The notes below the pieces were generated by a model. The model saw only the letters and a program-made list of their open reading frames with translations, did no database searches and was not told where the DNA came from. The position numbers and the translations under genes are program-made. From Nageia nagi (Eukaryota > Plantae > Pinophyta), in assembly GCA_050084985.1 (NCBI GenBank), contig JBITNC010000002.1, positions 9,052,001 through 9,116,000 of the forward strand: 64,000 nucleotides of DNA, written 5' to 3'. Below are positions 37,530 to 50,527 of this stretch, one piece after another. Within the stretch, counting starts at the first letter, position 1. Each line of letters begins with the position of its first letter.

Positions 37530-39738
37530 TGTAATATTTCAAATTATAAAAATTAGGAATTGTCACAAATTGTATTGAGAAATGCAAAATATGCCAAATA
37601 TGGATGCCAAAAATCAGCTCTAATATTATTGATGCTCAAGAGATAAATGGCTCAACGTCTAGCTTACTGGCTAGGTCTAGTGCTCCAACTCCTCCATAAG
37701 GTTGACGTCACACTTATGGGCTGATGATCTTCCAAATTTGAATGTTGAAGGTCTTCTCACAAGGTGTTTGGAGCTTAATGAGGCTTCAAGAATGATAAGA
37801 GCTTGATGAGGCTCCATCGTGTTGCGCTCGCACAACACACCCCAAGATGTAGCATTTTGGTGACCCAATTTTCGCAAATTTGGCAATCTAGGATGGACAT
37901 GGCTCACAAATTGAAATGGTCTAGATGACTTAAGAGATAGTTCTAAGACATTATCAAGGAATGATATCATGGATTGATATGAGGCAATTTTTCAACGAAG
38001 GCTCATTGGAGAATTCAAGGCGCTTATGCACTAGACCAGGGCTCGCCCAGAAGGATCAAGTGACCAAGCAAATGCCTCCAGTGATGAATAGATAGCATAA
38101 CTTCAGGGTAATTGACAGTTTGATGACTCAGAGTGATGAAGAATCTAGTTTGAGACACGTTTGGGTTTGGAACTTTTCAGTTCCAGCCGAAGGAGCTCCC
38201 TAGGGATGAAATGAAGAGTTAGACTTGCAAAATGATCAAGGTTTAGACTTGGAAAATTTGAAAAATAGGCAATATTGTGCACATGAGAGCTAGGTGCACA
38301 TTTACCATGTTTTCTAACTTTTGTCAAGCATGAGCAAACATGGAAAACCAACGCCTAAGTTTTGGGAGGCTTAAATTGACTCAATCAAAAAAATTGAGCT
38401 TGAGAGCATAGAGGATGAAATTCTACATAGGATTGGTCTTCCAACTTTGCAAATTTGACAAATTTTGCTCACTCAAAAATGAAAAAATAGAAATATAAGA
38501 AAAGAGGAGTTGAGGGCAGCCAATGAGAATACTTGAAAATTTTCTCAAATCTAAGAGAAAGGTGTGATGGCGATCATTAAATTATGCATTTTTGCTCTTG
38601 GAAATGTTGGAAAAACTCAAAAATTGCTCCTCCCATGCATAGGCGTAGGTTTACTAGTTTTCCACCTCTTAGCCATTTTTTTCCAAACTTGCCAAGCATG
38701 GAAAACCAAACCCTCAAAATTTGCCAAAATTGAAATTTTTGACCTCAATGGGGCATAGAATTTGATTCCACACATTATTGAATTTATAATTTTTTAAAAA
38801 CAAAATGGGATCTACTCCTCCAAAATCATGAAAAAATGGACAACTAGTGGTAGTGCTTGAAAATTTTCTCAAAATTTTCAAATTTGTAGAATCAAAATTG
38901 GAGAGATAGGTAGGGTGGGTTTCATGAAATTGAGCATCTTTGCTCTTGAAACCATTGAAAAATCATCAAAATGACCCCCCACCCCCCTAAATGGGCCGCG
39001 CATATTTTCCTTGTTTACTATTTTTTCTAGACTTTTCCAAGCATGCCAAGAATTAGAAAACCTGCGCCTAGCATTCTAGGCCCCTAAAATTCGTTGAAAT
39101 TGTAGTTTTTGGCCTTCATAGGGTCGGTAGTGTGATTTTACACCATTTTGGTCATCCAAGTGTGCAATTTGGACAAGAAAAACTCCTTCAAACCATGGAT
39201 TTATCCTTAAAAATGAAGAAAAAATGAAAAAGATCGTGTTTGACTGTTTTTCTTCAAAATAGTTCAATTTTTCAAATCAAAATGTGAGACATGGGTATCG
39301 AGGGGCATGCAAAATCCTCCAAATTTGCTTCTTTGAGCATGCAAAATAACCCAATCCTCCTCCTCCTATGGCTAGGTGCTGATTTAGTATATTTTCCATG
39401 CCTTGGACAAATTTCCAATGTTCGCATTAAGGAGAAAACTTCAAAATAGCAAAAAAGGGTTGTCTAGGGTTAGTATGGTGATGACATGTGGCATATTTTG
39501 GCCCTGAAATATTTAAATACATTCTCATCCCTCCATAATCCTCCACAATATTCCAATAACCATCCTCAATCCATGCGTTGTAACCGTGAGCAGCGAACAA
39601 GGTGATAAGAAGATGACCTCACATTTCTTCCTAACCGCCTTCACACAGAGTGAACTAACCACGAAGTTGTACACAAAGATCAACACTATACAACAAAAAT
39701 ATCCTTTTAGTGATGAAGTTGTCATCACAAACATGAAT

Positions 39739-42700
39739 TCAACCTTCACTCCCCTTTGAGGGCAACTTCACCAACCTAATAGATTCCCTAAGCTTGCATA
39801 ATTGGGCTTCAAGAAGGGGCTTGGTGAACAAATAAGCAGAATTTAGGACTAATGGACAATACTGCAATTGTAGGATACCATTTAGGATTTCTTTGATAAA
39901 GTGGGCTTGGATTTTGACATGCTTTGTTCTCTGATGGAAAACAAGGTTCTTTGCCAAAGCAATAGTTGATTGATTATCTGAAGAAATTTGAGATGGATGA
40001 GTTTGCTCATACCCAATTTCTTTCAAAAGATGTCTTAACCAAATAGCTTCCTAGGTCATGATTGACATTGCTCGATATTCTACCTCTAGCCCAAAAGATA
40101 GCACTTGGACCAATGCTAAACACATAAGCAAAGGTTGATTTCTTGTCAACTCTATCTCTTCAATAGTTAGAATTTGAGAACTCTAAGAGAACAAATGAGG
40201 GCAACTTAGAATACTTAAGAGCAAGATCCTTAGTTCCTGCAATATACCTCAAAATTTGCTTAACAATATTGAAGTGCTCAACATATGGTTTCTACATAAA
40301 CCGTGCCATAAGATTTATTGCAAAGACAATATCTGGCTTGGAGATCGTCAAATAAAGAAGATTGCCAATTAATTGCCTATAAACCATAACATCCGCCAAC
40401 TGAGAGTTGGAGCTAAGAGACAGAGTAATTTCAGGAAAGACTGGGATTGCAACATGTTTACACTCCTCCTTTCCAAACATTTGCAATATATTTGAGATAT
40501 ACTTGGATTGATTAAGGTAAGTACAATCTTTGTATTGGTACACTTGCATACCAAGGTAGTAGTGGAAGAGACCAAGATCGGTCATTTCAAAAGTTGCCTT
40601 GAGTTTGGATATGCATTCTTGGATGATTTCGACATTATTTTCTGTGATCTACAGAAAAATCCACATAGAAAAGAATCAAGACCAAGTCTTGTCCTTGATT
40701 GAGCACATAAAGATTAGTATCAAAGAAAAACTTAGAAAACCCAATGTCCTCAAAATATCCTAAAATCTTTTTGTACTAGGCTCTAGGTGCTTGCTTAAGT
40801 CCATACAAAGACTTCTTTAGCTTGCACACAAAGGAGTCTTTGCCTTCCACAACAAACCCTTCTGGTTGGTTCATGTAGATTTCCATATCTAAATCACCAT
40901 TGAGAAAAACATTCTTGATATCAAGTTGAAAAACTTTCCATCCCTAAGCTACTAAAAGAGTAAGAATTAATTTGACTGTGGGCATCTTTGCCATTGTAGC
41001 AAAGGTTTCCTCATAATCAACTCCGTATTTCTGAGTGAAACCCTTGACTATTAACCTTGCCTTGTATTTCTCAATTTCTCCAACTGAATTATATTTGACC
41101 TTGTAAATCCATTTATTGCCAATCCCATTTCGTTCATTGGAAGAGAGAACTAAATCCCAAGTTTGATTTTTCATTAGAGCCTCATACTCTACTTTCATCG
41201 CTTCCATCTAGCACTTATGCTTCGAAGCTTCCTCGAAGGATGAGGGCTTATTCTTACTATCGATTTTGGCAAATAAGAATTTATTTAAGGTCATACCTCT
41301 TGTTATCCTTTGTGTTGGAGAATTTTGCTCTTGAGGTGACTTATCTACACTGATATCGATCCAGTTAGTTGCAACAAAAGAGTCATCCAGATCATCACAA
41401 GAAGCAGATTCCTCAATAAGTTCATTGAACTTTACATCCTTCAAGATGAACATTGCTCTGAAGGAAGGAGACTAGAGCTTGTAGCCTTTATGCTGATTGT
41501 CATAGCCCACAAAGATGCACTTTTTGGATCTCTTATCCATCTTCTTTCTTTTCTCAAGAAGGCATAAGCATCACAACCAAAAACCCTAAAGTGAGAGATT
41601 TTGGGTTTCTTTCCCGTCCATGCTTTATATAGAGTTTTGCCTTCAAATGCTTTCGTAGGACACCTAATCAGAGTGTAGATTACAATACTCATGAGTTCAC
41701 CCCATAAGAAGCTCGGAAGATTTCCCAACATGCACCTTGCCATTTTTTGAATGCTCCTATTCTTTCTTTTGGCGACACCATTTTGTGGAGGGGTTTAAGG
41801 GATCATAAACTATCTCTTGATCCCGTATTTGCCACAATAGTCACTGAACTCATTACTATTATACTCACCCTCATTGTCAAATCTCAGCATCTTGATTTTG
41901 AAGCTAGATTGATTTTCAACTAAGGCTTTAAATTTTTTGAACCTATCAAAAGTTTGATTCTTGTTATCTAGAAAGTAACCAAATGTCATCTTGCTGAAGT
42001 CATTGATGAAGGTCAAGACATAAGATGCTCCCCTAAGTGACTTAGTTGGAAATGGACCCATCAAATCTAAATGCATAAGCTGAAGAGGTTGTGTTGCCTT
42101 TGTTGCCTTATCTTTCTCAAATTTTTGCCTATTTATCTTGCCTAGGATGCAATTCTCACAAAGGCCAATTGTGGTTGATATTGTAGGCAAACCTTCCACA
42201 AGTTCTTGATCATTCATAATTTGAATACTCTTATGGTTTATGTGGCCTAATCGATGGTGCCAAATAATGCCTCTAGAGCAAACATTTGTAGCAAGACACA
42301 TCTTTGTTGGAGCTTGATCCATAATGTAGAAATCATTTTTCACTGATCCTTTCACCAAAGTAACAAGTCCCTTCTTCATACACTAGAAGTGTGAGTTGAA
42401 CTCGAAAAAATATCTTTTCCTAGCAACTTGAATTACGGAAGGAAGGTTCATGGTGAGTTAAGGCACAAAGAGCACATTTTCAAGAACCTCTCCTTGCAAT
42501 AACACACTTCCAATACCTTGGACTTCAAGGACTGAATTATCACCTATCACAATTGCATCTTTTTTGTACTTATGAAAATTTTCAAGCTTAGCCTTTTCAA
42601 AACACATGTGATTAAGGCACCTAGAGTCAACAATCCAATCATTTGAGAAGGTGTGAGACTTGGAGTAAAAAGAACAAACATAAGCAAAATTCTTGTTCTT

Positions 42701-43571
42701 CTTCTTCCCATTAAAGTTGTTTGATTTTTCAGATCCTTTGGCACCTTGTTCTTTCTTTTTATTGTAGCAATCAGATTCCCTATGACCATAGATGCCACAT
42801 AAATTACAATTTCCATCAAACTTGGTTTTGGATTTTCTTGACTTGCCGTGCATATTCTGCTGTTTGTTTCCATTTTTCTTGGAATCCCTTTTCAGAGCAT
42901 TGGAAAACTTCTTTTGGTTATTGAACTTCTTTTTGAAGTGAGTCTTCATTGGTCCTAGTGCCATAGAATGTTCTTTAGGAGAGGGGATCAACAACTTTTT
43001 ATTAAGTGTTTCCTCGTGTTTCAAGAAAAGTCTAGAAAGATTTTCCAAGGAGAATACTTCTTGTTCATCATTGAACTTTGTCTCAATAACTGTCACAAAG
43101 TGACTAAATTTAGTAGAGGCTTTGAAGGATGAACACCATAAACTCATTGTTGATCCGATTACAACCCCATCCCACAAGTTGGGTCCTAAGGTCAATAATC
43201 TTGTTCAAGTATATAACCACACTTTCATTTTCCTCTTGACGTGATTGTAATCATTTTTGGAGAAAAGTAAACTTTTTGGAAAATTTGGTTCCAAGGTAGA
43301 TCTTCATCAGCCTGTCCCAAGCTTCCTTTGAAGTGTTTGAAGATGAGATCATGAGAAGAACTTCGTTTGAAACTGCATGAAAGATCATGGAGGTATCTAA
43401 CTCATTCTTTGTGTTGTAAGCCTCGAGTGCCTTCTCATTTATTGGAGCAACTTGGTTTTCATTTACGATTCGCCACAATTTCCATGCTTGGAGCTTTGTT
43501 TTCATCATAGGTTTCCAAATGCCATAGTTGGAACCGTCTAGGATGTGCTTGGGTGAAAAAGAGTCTTCCAT
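39739..43571 (-). pseudogene. Copia copy 2 gag-pol (disrupted)
   Basis: MEDSFSPKHILDGSNYGIW, CNLCGIYGHRESDC, WIVDS, IWHHRLGH, KYKARL, MTDLG, RTKHVKIQAHFI. Confidence 0.93.
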
Positions 43572-46222
43572 TTGCTACAAAAGAAGGTGAAAGTGTTAAC
43601 CAATGTAAGCATGTTAAATTTATCAATCATCAATCATACATGTTGATTATACATGTTGAATTAATCAACTATACTTGTTGAATTTAATCAAAGGTAATTT
43701 ATAAGGCATGCTTAAATTGTTAACCAATTTCACATATGTAAAAGGTTTCAATCTCATCAAATCATATATCCCATACATCCAACATTTTGTCATAACCAAG
43801 TAATATAGTAAAAAAAGTGTAAAGTTGAGGCTTGTTTTCTTGTTTGAATTAGGCTTTCACTTGGATGTCCGCAAGGTGGAGCCTAGGTCCTCCCAATCCT
43901 CAATCAGTTTGCCTTGGTTAGCAATATACTCTCACAAGGAGTACTAGCTATTATCCAAGGTGGTGACATATGTTGGATCGGCGAAATTATTATCTTAATT
44001 AGGTTTTCAGTTGTCCTCTTTGGTTATCAGGATAATCCTTGAATGGACAGGCAAACATGTGGTATCATTACACACATGCTTGTCCACTTATATGGAGTTA
44101 TGTCCATACCAACAGAGGATTTAGAGGTAATTAAGAAGTACAAACTTTTCATCACTTGGATTGATAAACTAAAATGCTCCAATCTACCTTGTCCTCACCT
44201 TGTGGCTCCTCAAACAAGTCATGGTGCAGAATAAAACGTGCGGATGTGTTCATTTTAGAGGAAGCACTTTCAATGTTTGCGATTTTGCAAAAATAAAGCA
44301 AAGGTGCGTAAAGTAAAGTGCTTAAAATGAAACATCATTCAAAAACTTAAAACCTAAGAATCTACATGATACATCATCCAAAAATCTAAGAGTGTTCAAT
44401 GGGTTTTGTCTCAACCCCAAGAGAACCTCTTTACAAAAAAATGCATAAGTCTTTAAGTAACAAAAACAAAGGAGTTCCCCTCGTTTTTACTTAAAATATG
44501 AACTTATCAAAAAAAGAATTTCATGCCTAAAACATACATTTAGCAAGATTTCATGCTTAAAGCCATACACTTAGCAAGATTCCAAGCTTAAAATATACTT
44601 TGCAAAAAACTTCTCTCAAAAAATTAACTTAAAGAATTGATACCTTCTGTCCCTTAATTTTTGAGAAAACAAATGCTTAAATTCCCTTCAAAAATTTACT
44701 TAAGTTAAAATTGCCTTTTTCAAAAAAATAGTTCCCCTTTTTTTTCAAAAATAAATTAACTTAAGTCAAAGACTCCAAAAAATTTGCCCTTTTCAAAATA
44801 ACTCCCATTTGAAAAAAAAATATACAAAAAGAATTTTCCTCCACTTAAAAATTAATTAAGCTCTCAAAACAAATTAAATAACTCCCCTCATAATATCCTC
44901 ATAAATTACTCCCCATTTTAAAAATAATATCCTCATAAACAACTCCTTTCTTTAAAATAATTACCTCCCTTTTTTTAATATATAGCTCCCCACATGTCAA
45001 AAAAAAGAAAAAAATATATAAACAAACTTCAAGAAAAAATTGACAAGTCTTTTTCTACTTCCACTTGCAAATGCAATTAATGCTTTGCATTTGCAATTGC
45101 AATTAATGCATTGTGTAGAAACAATTTCTCTATTTTTGCATTAGTCTCTTCTTAAAAAATGCAGAGAAAAATTTCACCAAAATAGAAAAAAGTCATCTTC
45201 TTAAAAAATGCAGAGAAAAATTTCACCAAAATAGAAAAAAGTTTCTTGAGCCTTCATTTCTTTCAAGAAATGTCAAGAGGGATTACTTACAAAAGACTAT
45301 ATAAAAAAAATTAATTATGGAGCTGAAGAAGCCATATTAGTTGCCTAAGAGAGGATGTAATGGAGGTGTGCAAGTAAAAGGTCGGACGGGCGTTTCATAT
45401 GCAGGGTAGGCGGTGTGTGGGCGATGAGCGGGCGAGTGGTTAGAGGCGGAGTGCTTGGTGAGTGGGGAGAGCGAGGAGGAAAGGGGGGGTGCGTAGAGTG
45501 CACAGCTTTCAGGCGCTGTGTGCGCAAAGTGTGAGATGTTGGGGCGAGTTGGGTAGGCAGAGTGGCGCCACTGTGTGACGTAGTGTGGTGGTCTTTCGCA
45601 TGGCGTGTGGCGTGTTCAACATTGTGTGAGAGGGGGTGCCCTTGGTAGAGTAGAAGGGGGTGTCCTGTTAGGGAGGCGCAACATGTGGTGGGTGCTAGAT
45701 TTTGTGGGTGCTCTCGGTGGCATTGGAAGTGTGTAGGAGAGAGCGGGGGCGAGGGGTATACAGTGATGTGATGGGCCTCAGGGTGGGGTGGTGGTCGAGG
45801 TGGTGCACTAGTTGGAATTGCTGTTGTGGTGTGTAGCGCCAGGCGTACGGTACGAGGAGCGTGGTGGGTGCATAGGTTTCAAAGTGCAGAGTAGCACGTG
45901 GGATGCACTGAGGTGGCGTGTTGACCACCAGTCAGTTGGGTGGAGGCGCTAGCTAGTGGTGTAGCTTGTGAGGAAAAAAATGTTTTTTTTTTTTTTTGTG
46001 CGGGTTGAGGGAAGGGGTGGCGCTAAGATCTGTCGCAGGTTCGGGGCGACCTAGAGGTAGGGGGAGGTGGGTGGCTAGTTTGCTGCCAAGTCTGCATTAG
46101 GGTGGGGGGAGCAACTTGCTGTGGGTGCAGTGTGCGGGCTAGGACCCTTCATAGGTTAAAAAAAATTCTATCTATTCTTTAAATAAACATTCTCAACCAC
46201 TCATTGATGGTGGCACATAGTC

Positions 46223-46225
<3 letters not shown>

Positions 46226-46274
<49 letters not shown>
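46226..46274. repeat. (TA)n microsatellite
   Basis: Uninterrupted TA run of ~24 units. Confidence 0.97.
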
Positions 46275-46277
<3 letters not shown>

Positions 46278-47639
46278 AAAAAATGTTAACATTATAAAAT
46301 AAATGTTTTCTTTTATTTTAAAGACTTAATGTTTTTTTTTGTAAAAAATATATATTGCAAAAAAATAATTCTTTTCTTATTTTTGCATAAAAAATAATTT
46401 CACATATATATTGCAATAATAACACTTTTGAAAAGTTGTAAAACTAAAAAAAATTGCAACTTTTTAAACATTTTTACACACAATATTAGTGTAAAAAAGA
46501 TTGCAAATTTTTCAATATTTCAAAAAAAATTGCAAATTTAAACAATAGCAAATATTGCAACACATTATTACTATACTTTAAATATGTTAGTATCAAAAAA
46601 TAATCCAAAAGAATAAAAGAGAGAGGTTATACCTTAAAATTGATTTTACCTGACCAATGAAGTAGGGAGAAGAAGTAAGAATAACCTCCAAACTATTGAA
46701 GATGAGCCTTCAAGGATGGGTCTAGATACCACTTGAGAGAAACTAATCCTAAATGACTATATTTCTCTACAACCAAGATCACAAGAAAGCTCACACAACT
46801 TCAACATAATAGCATAACACAATAGCCAATCTCACAAACTTAACACCAATGTAAAGTGGTTCCTCCAACCATGAGAGTACATCCATGAATCTAAGATTTT
46901 TGTTCTCAAGATGCACTCTCTTACAACAATTCTTCCCATTTCTCCTAACAACTCTAAAGCATAACAATACTACAAACTTGAGTGAGTAATCTCAAGGAGA
47001 GGGCCCTCTATTTATAGGGCAAAATCCTTCCTTGGATAACTCTTTTAACCATTGTACAAAGTCATGACATGCAACACCTTTTAACCCAAGGGGCATATCC
47101 ATGAGATGGAGTGTAGGGCAAGTTACATTATTTTATTCACAAATACTTAAAAGGTATCTAGTGATACTTTTAAGTATTAATGAATTTACATTACCTTATT
47201 CACTAAATACGTAAGTATCCAGGATACCTTCAAGTATTAGTGAATTTACATTAAGAGACCTTACAATAATGCATTATACATTCCAATAGTACCTCCTTCA
47301 AGGATCCCAGACGTGATAGCCCCATGCAGCCACAAGACTATAGGCCACCACATTATGGCATATTTCTCCTTATATACCCAAAAGATTGCCTTGATCATCT
47401 TACAAAAAGAAATATTAGCATCAACAATAAAAGTGGAGAATGATTCCCAATACTTGAACAATATTGCAACAGTGAGGGTCATCCATAATGTCATCTTGAG
47501 CTTCATGGAGAGTGTAGCCCAAGCTTTTTGGAGAGGTTGCTCCTCCTCATCCCTAGATGTCCCACGTTGCACAGTCTCTTCCTCATGCATGCTTCTTCCT
47601 GCGTCCATCCACTCCAACTGATGTGAAGATATTTGAGGG

Positions 47640-49637
47640 ACGTTTTCCTTGATCCCCCTTAGTGTGATCTCCTTGCCACTTGACTAGAACCTCATCTCTA
47701 ACGTTTGGTAATTAGAGTAGATTTCTCCCAAAGAGGACAACCATTGGACTCCAAGAATCATTTGAGGAGTCCCTCCAATGGGATAAACATATAAGTCTTC
47801 TCTTACCACATGATCTTCAATTCTCACACCTAATTTCTTCACAACTATATCGCAAATGGTGATTACTCCATTTGCATTTGCCACCTTGAATTCTTCAAAT
47901 CCTTCTATCTGGAGCTTCTTCTTGGCCACAAATTGTTCATCTATGTAATAATGTGTAGCTCCATCATCAATCAACACAAGTACTTATTCCCCTATGACCT
48001 CCCCACGCACTTTGATAGTCAAGAATTTCAAGATACTTCCCAAAATTGTGGCCAGTGAGCCCTTATACGAACTGGGGTGTAGACATCTTGGTTTTGCTTG
48101 CCTTGAATCTAGATCTTCAAGCTCCAACTCTAGATCTAAGTCCTCATCCGAAATCACTTCAATCAAGTGAACTGACTTGTCTTCCTGCAATTGATGCATA
48201 GATTTTTCCTCCTTAACTCATCTTGAGTGTCCTCGTCAAGGGTTATGGATCTTTGGCTCTTCACTACTTGAGAGATGTATTCTTGTCCACACTTGATCCT
48301 CCCTTCTATGATGGTCTCAACATGCTAGCCTGGATCTAGATGAAAATGTGGACCTCCCAATAGACGGATCCAAGGTTAATGACCTTTTGATGACATTCGG
48401 GAGTGATGTAGGGCGAAATGCTTTAACCATCCCCTTCAATAGCTCCTCTAGTCCTTCCATGGACATGAACGTCACCCTTTTATCTAAAACGCTAGGCACC
48501 ATAACTACTATTCCTTGGAACTTAACAATATACGACTCCACATTCCCCTTTTACTTTAGTGTGGCCATATCTCGAAAGTATTAATCTTCATCCTTATGAT
48601 CAAATCGATTGACGAGTCTCCTACCAAATTCATTGAAAGATTTGATTGAGCCATGGCCTTGTGTGGTTAAACCATGGTACCATAATCGTGTGCTACACCA
48701 TCCAAGTGTAGTGTGGCGAATTGAATCGCATCTTCCTCAAACATAGGGCTAAGGGTGAAGTATATTTGCAATTTTTGCAACCATGACCTAGCCATCATCT
48801 TCTCTCCTCCATTGTATGAGGGGACATGCATTCTACTTAGTCTCTGCTGCAGATCTCTCCTTCATAGCCCCCTCCCTATGGGCGTCCATCATCCATATTC
48901 TTTCCTTTCATCCGTAGGAAACTCTCAAAATCCATTGTCAATTTGAATTCTGGATCCATAGCTTGGTACTGGCAAAAAAGTATATTTAACTCCACAAAAT
49001 TCACATAATTCGGATCTCCCCCTTTTCTTTCTTGCTGTTGGATGAACATGGGTCTAGACGATTTTGGTAACTGGTGGTGGATCCAACTCTTTAGGCAGCT
49101 CATGAGTGGTGCCACCTTGCGCAATCCATGGGGCACTCTTGGAGTCTCTTTCCCTTGAAAAATTCATGAACCTAGACTATGCTTGCGTGGTATGAACCTG
49201 CGTAAGGGGTGGGGAGCTCCATTCTCCTCTTAGATGCAATCAATCCCCTAATTCATCCTCATTCCTTGGATCTTTTTCTCTTGCAGATTTGGAGGCTTCT
49301 TTTCTTGCCTAACTTCCCTTATTGAGCCAAATCTCCGAAGGAAAGGTGTTCTCTCTTCCAATTCTGGTGAGGGTTCTCGAGCTCTTCTCTCCCTAGGCAT
49401 TTGAGAAGCATTTTGAGATACCAATTGTGTCAATAGATCAATAAGCAAATCAAACCTCTCTTTACTTTCTTTCGAATCTAGGTTGAGGCATCTTCTTCTA
49501 ATTGGTGGTGTTTTCTGCCTCTCTTCTTGTGTCGCATCTTCCTCCCAAGGGTTATTTCCTCCCTCTACGTGCCCAACCATCTCTTCGTAAATCTCCTCCG
49601 TATTCTCCTCTTGATGGGTGTTGGATTCTGTATCCAT
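47640..49637 (-). pseudogene. Gypsy B gag-protease (disrupted)
   Basis: LIDDGATHYYID..MILGVQWL protease and gag fragments (YIVKFQ..FRPTSL), paralogous to element A. Confidence 0.85.
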
Positions 49638-50527
49638 CCTCTCTCTTATGAGGAAATATTTATTGTTGAAGCGAGGTGTCTTCTCAGGCTAGCCAGTTCT
49701 TGGCTTTGGTACCATTTGTAATATTCCATATTATAAAAATTAGGAATTGTCACAAATTATATTGAGAAACGCAAAATAGGCCAAATATGGATGCCGAAAA
49801 TCAAATATGATACTATTGATGCTCAAGAGACAAATACAAATATCCAAAATGGCCTCTAGGGCTGGACATCACACTACAATGCTCAAAATGTAGCTACAAG
49901 GGCCCAAGGGCTCAATGTTTGGATTACTGGCTAGGTCTTGTGCTCCAACTCCTCCCAAAGACTGACGTCACACTCTTGGGCTGATGATCTCCCAAATCTG
50001 AATTGCTTAAGGTCTTCACAAGGTGTCCAGAGCTTGATGAGGTTCCAAGAATGGCACGAGCTTGATGAGGCTTCGCCAAGGGCACGAAAGCTTGATGAGG
50101 CTTCTGATCCTGAGAACAAGGGTGGCGTTGGCCAATTAGCAAGTAGAATGATCAAATGTGCAAAGATGTCCTCCAACCATGCATCCACTTCTCCTTATAC
50201 CCAAAAGTCACACCTAGAGGCTAGACGTCCACCTTGGGATCCCAACATTGCTTTGAATCTTGCATGCTTGGACGTTGGGTATGATTGTACCTCGAAGTCA
50301 TGAAAATCACTCCAAGATGTCCTAAATACATTATTCTCCTCAAGGAAGGCAAACGTCCTTCTTAGGGATCACAATTACCCTTAAGATCTAAAATAAATAA
50401 TAAATTAGCCTACTCTTACTAAAGAGGGGCGTTTACAAATTAAAATACAAAATCACTCCTAATTAATAAATATGATTTTGATATTTATTCAATTATGTAA
50501 TTTCCAATTATGGAATATTACAGGAGC

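Larger units (their letters stand above)
39600..47288 (-). mobile_element. Ty1/Copia copy 2 (same family as copy 1), older, 3' LTR missing
   Basis: 5' LTR 46734-47288 with PBS-like TGGTATCTAGA. gag-pol colinear with copy 1 but with many stops and frameshifts. Confidence 0.92.
37530..50522 (-). mobile_element. Ty3/Gypsy element B (gag-PR only), inserted in the protease of element A
   Basis: TGTAATATT..AATATTACA ends, TSD GGAGC. 5' LTR 49717-50522 with PBS-like TGGTACCAAAGC; left LTR starts 37530. No RT/IN seen. Confidence 0.88.

Noticed and set aside
37677-39267. Short ORFs in the Gypsy B LTR region and other antisense ORFs in the track
   Set aside because: No recognisable domains; they are chance ORFs in LTR DNA or shadows of real coding frames.
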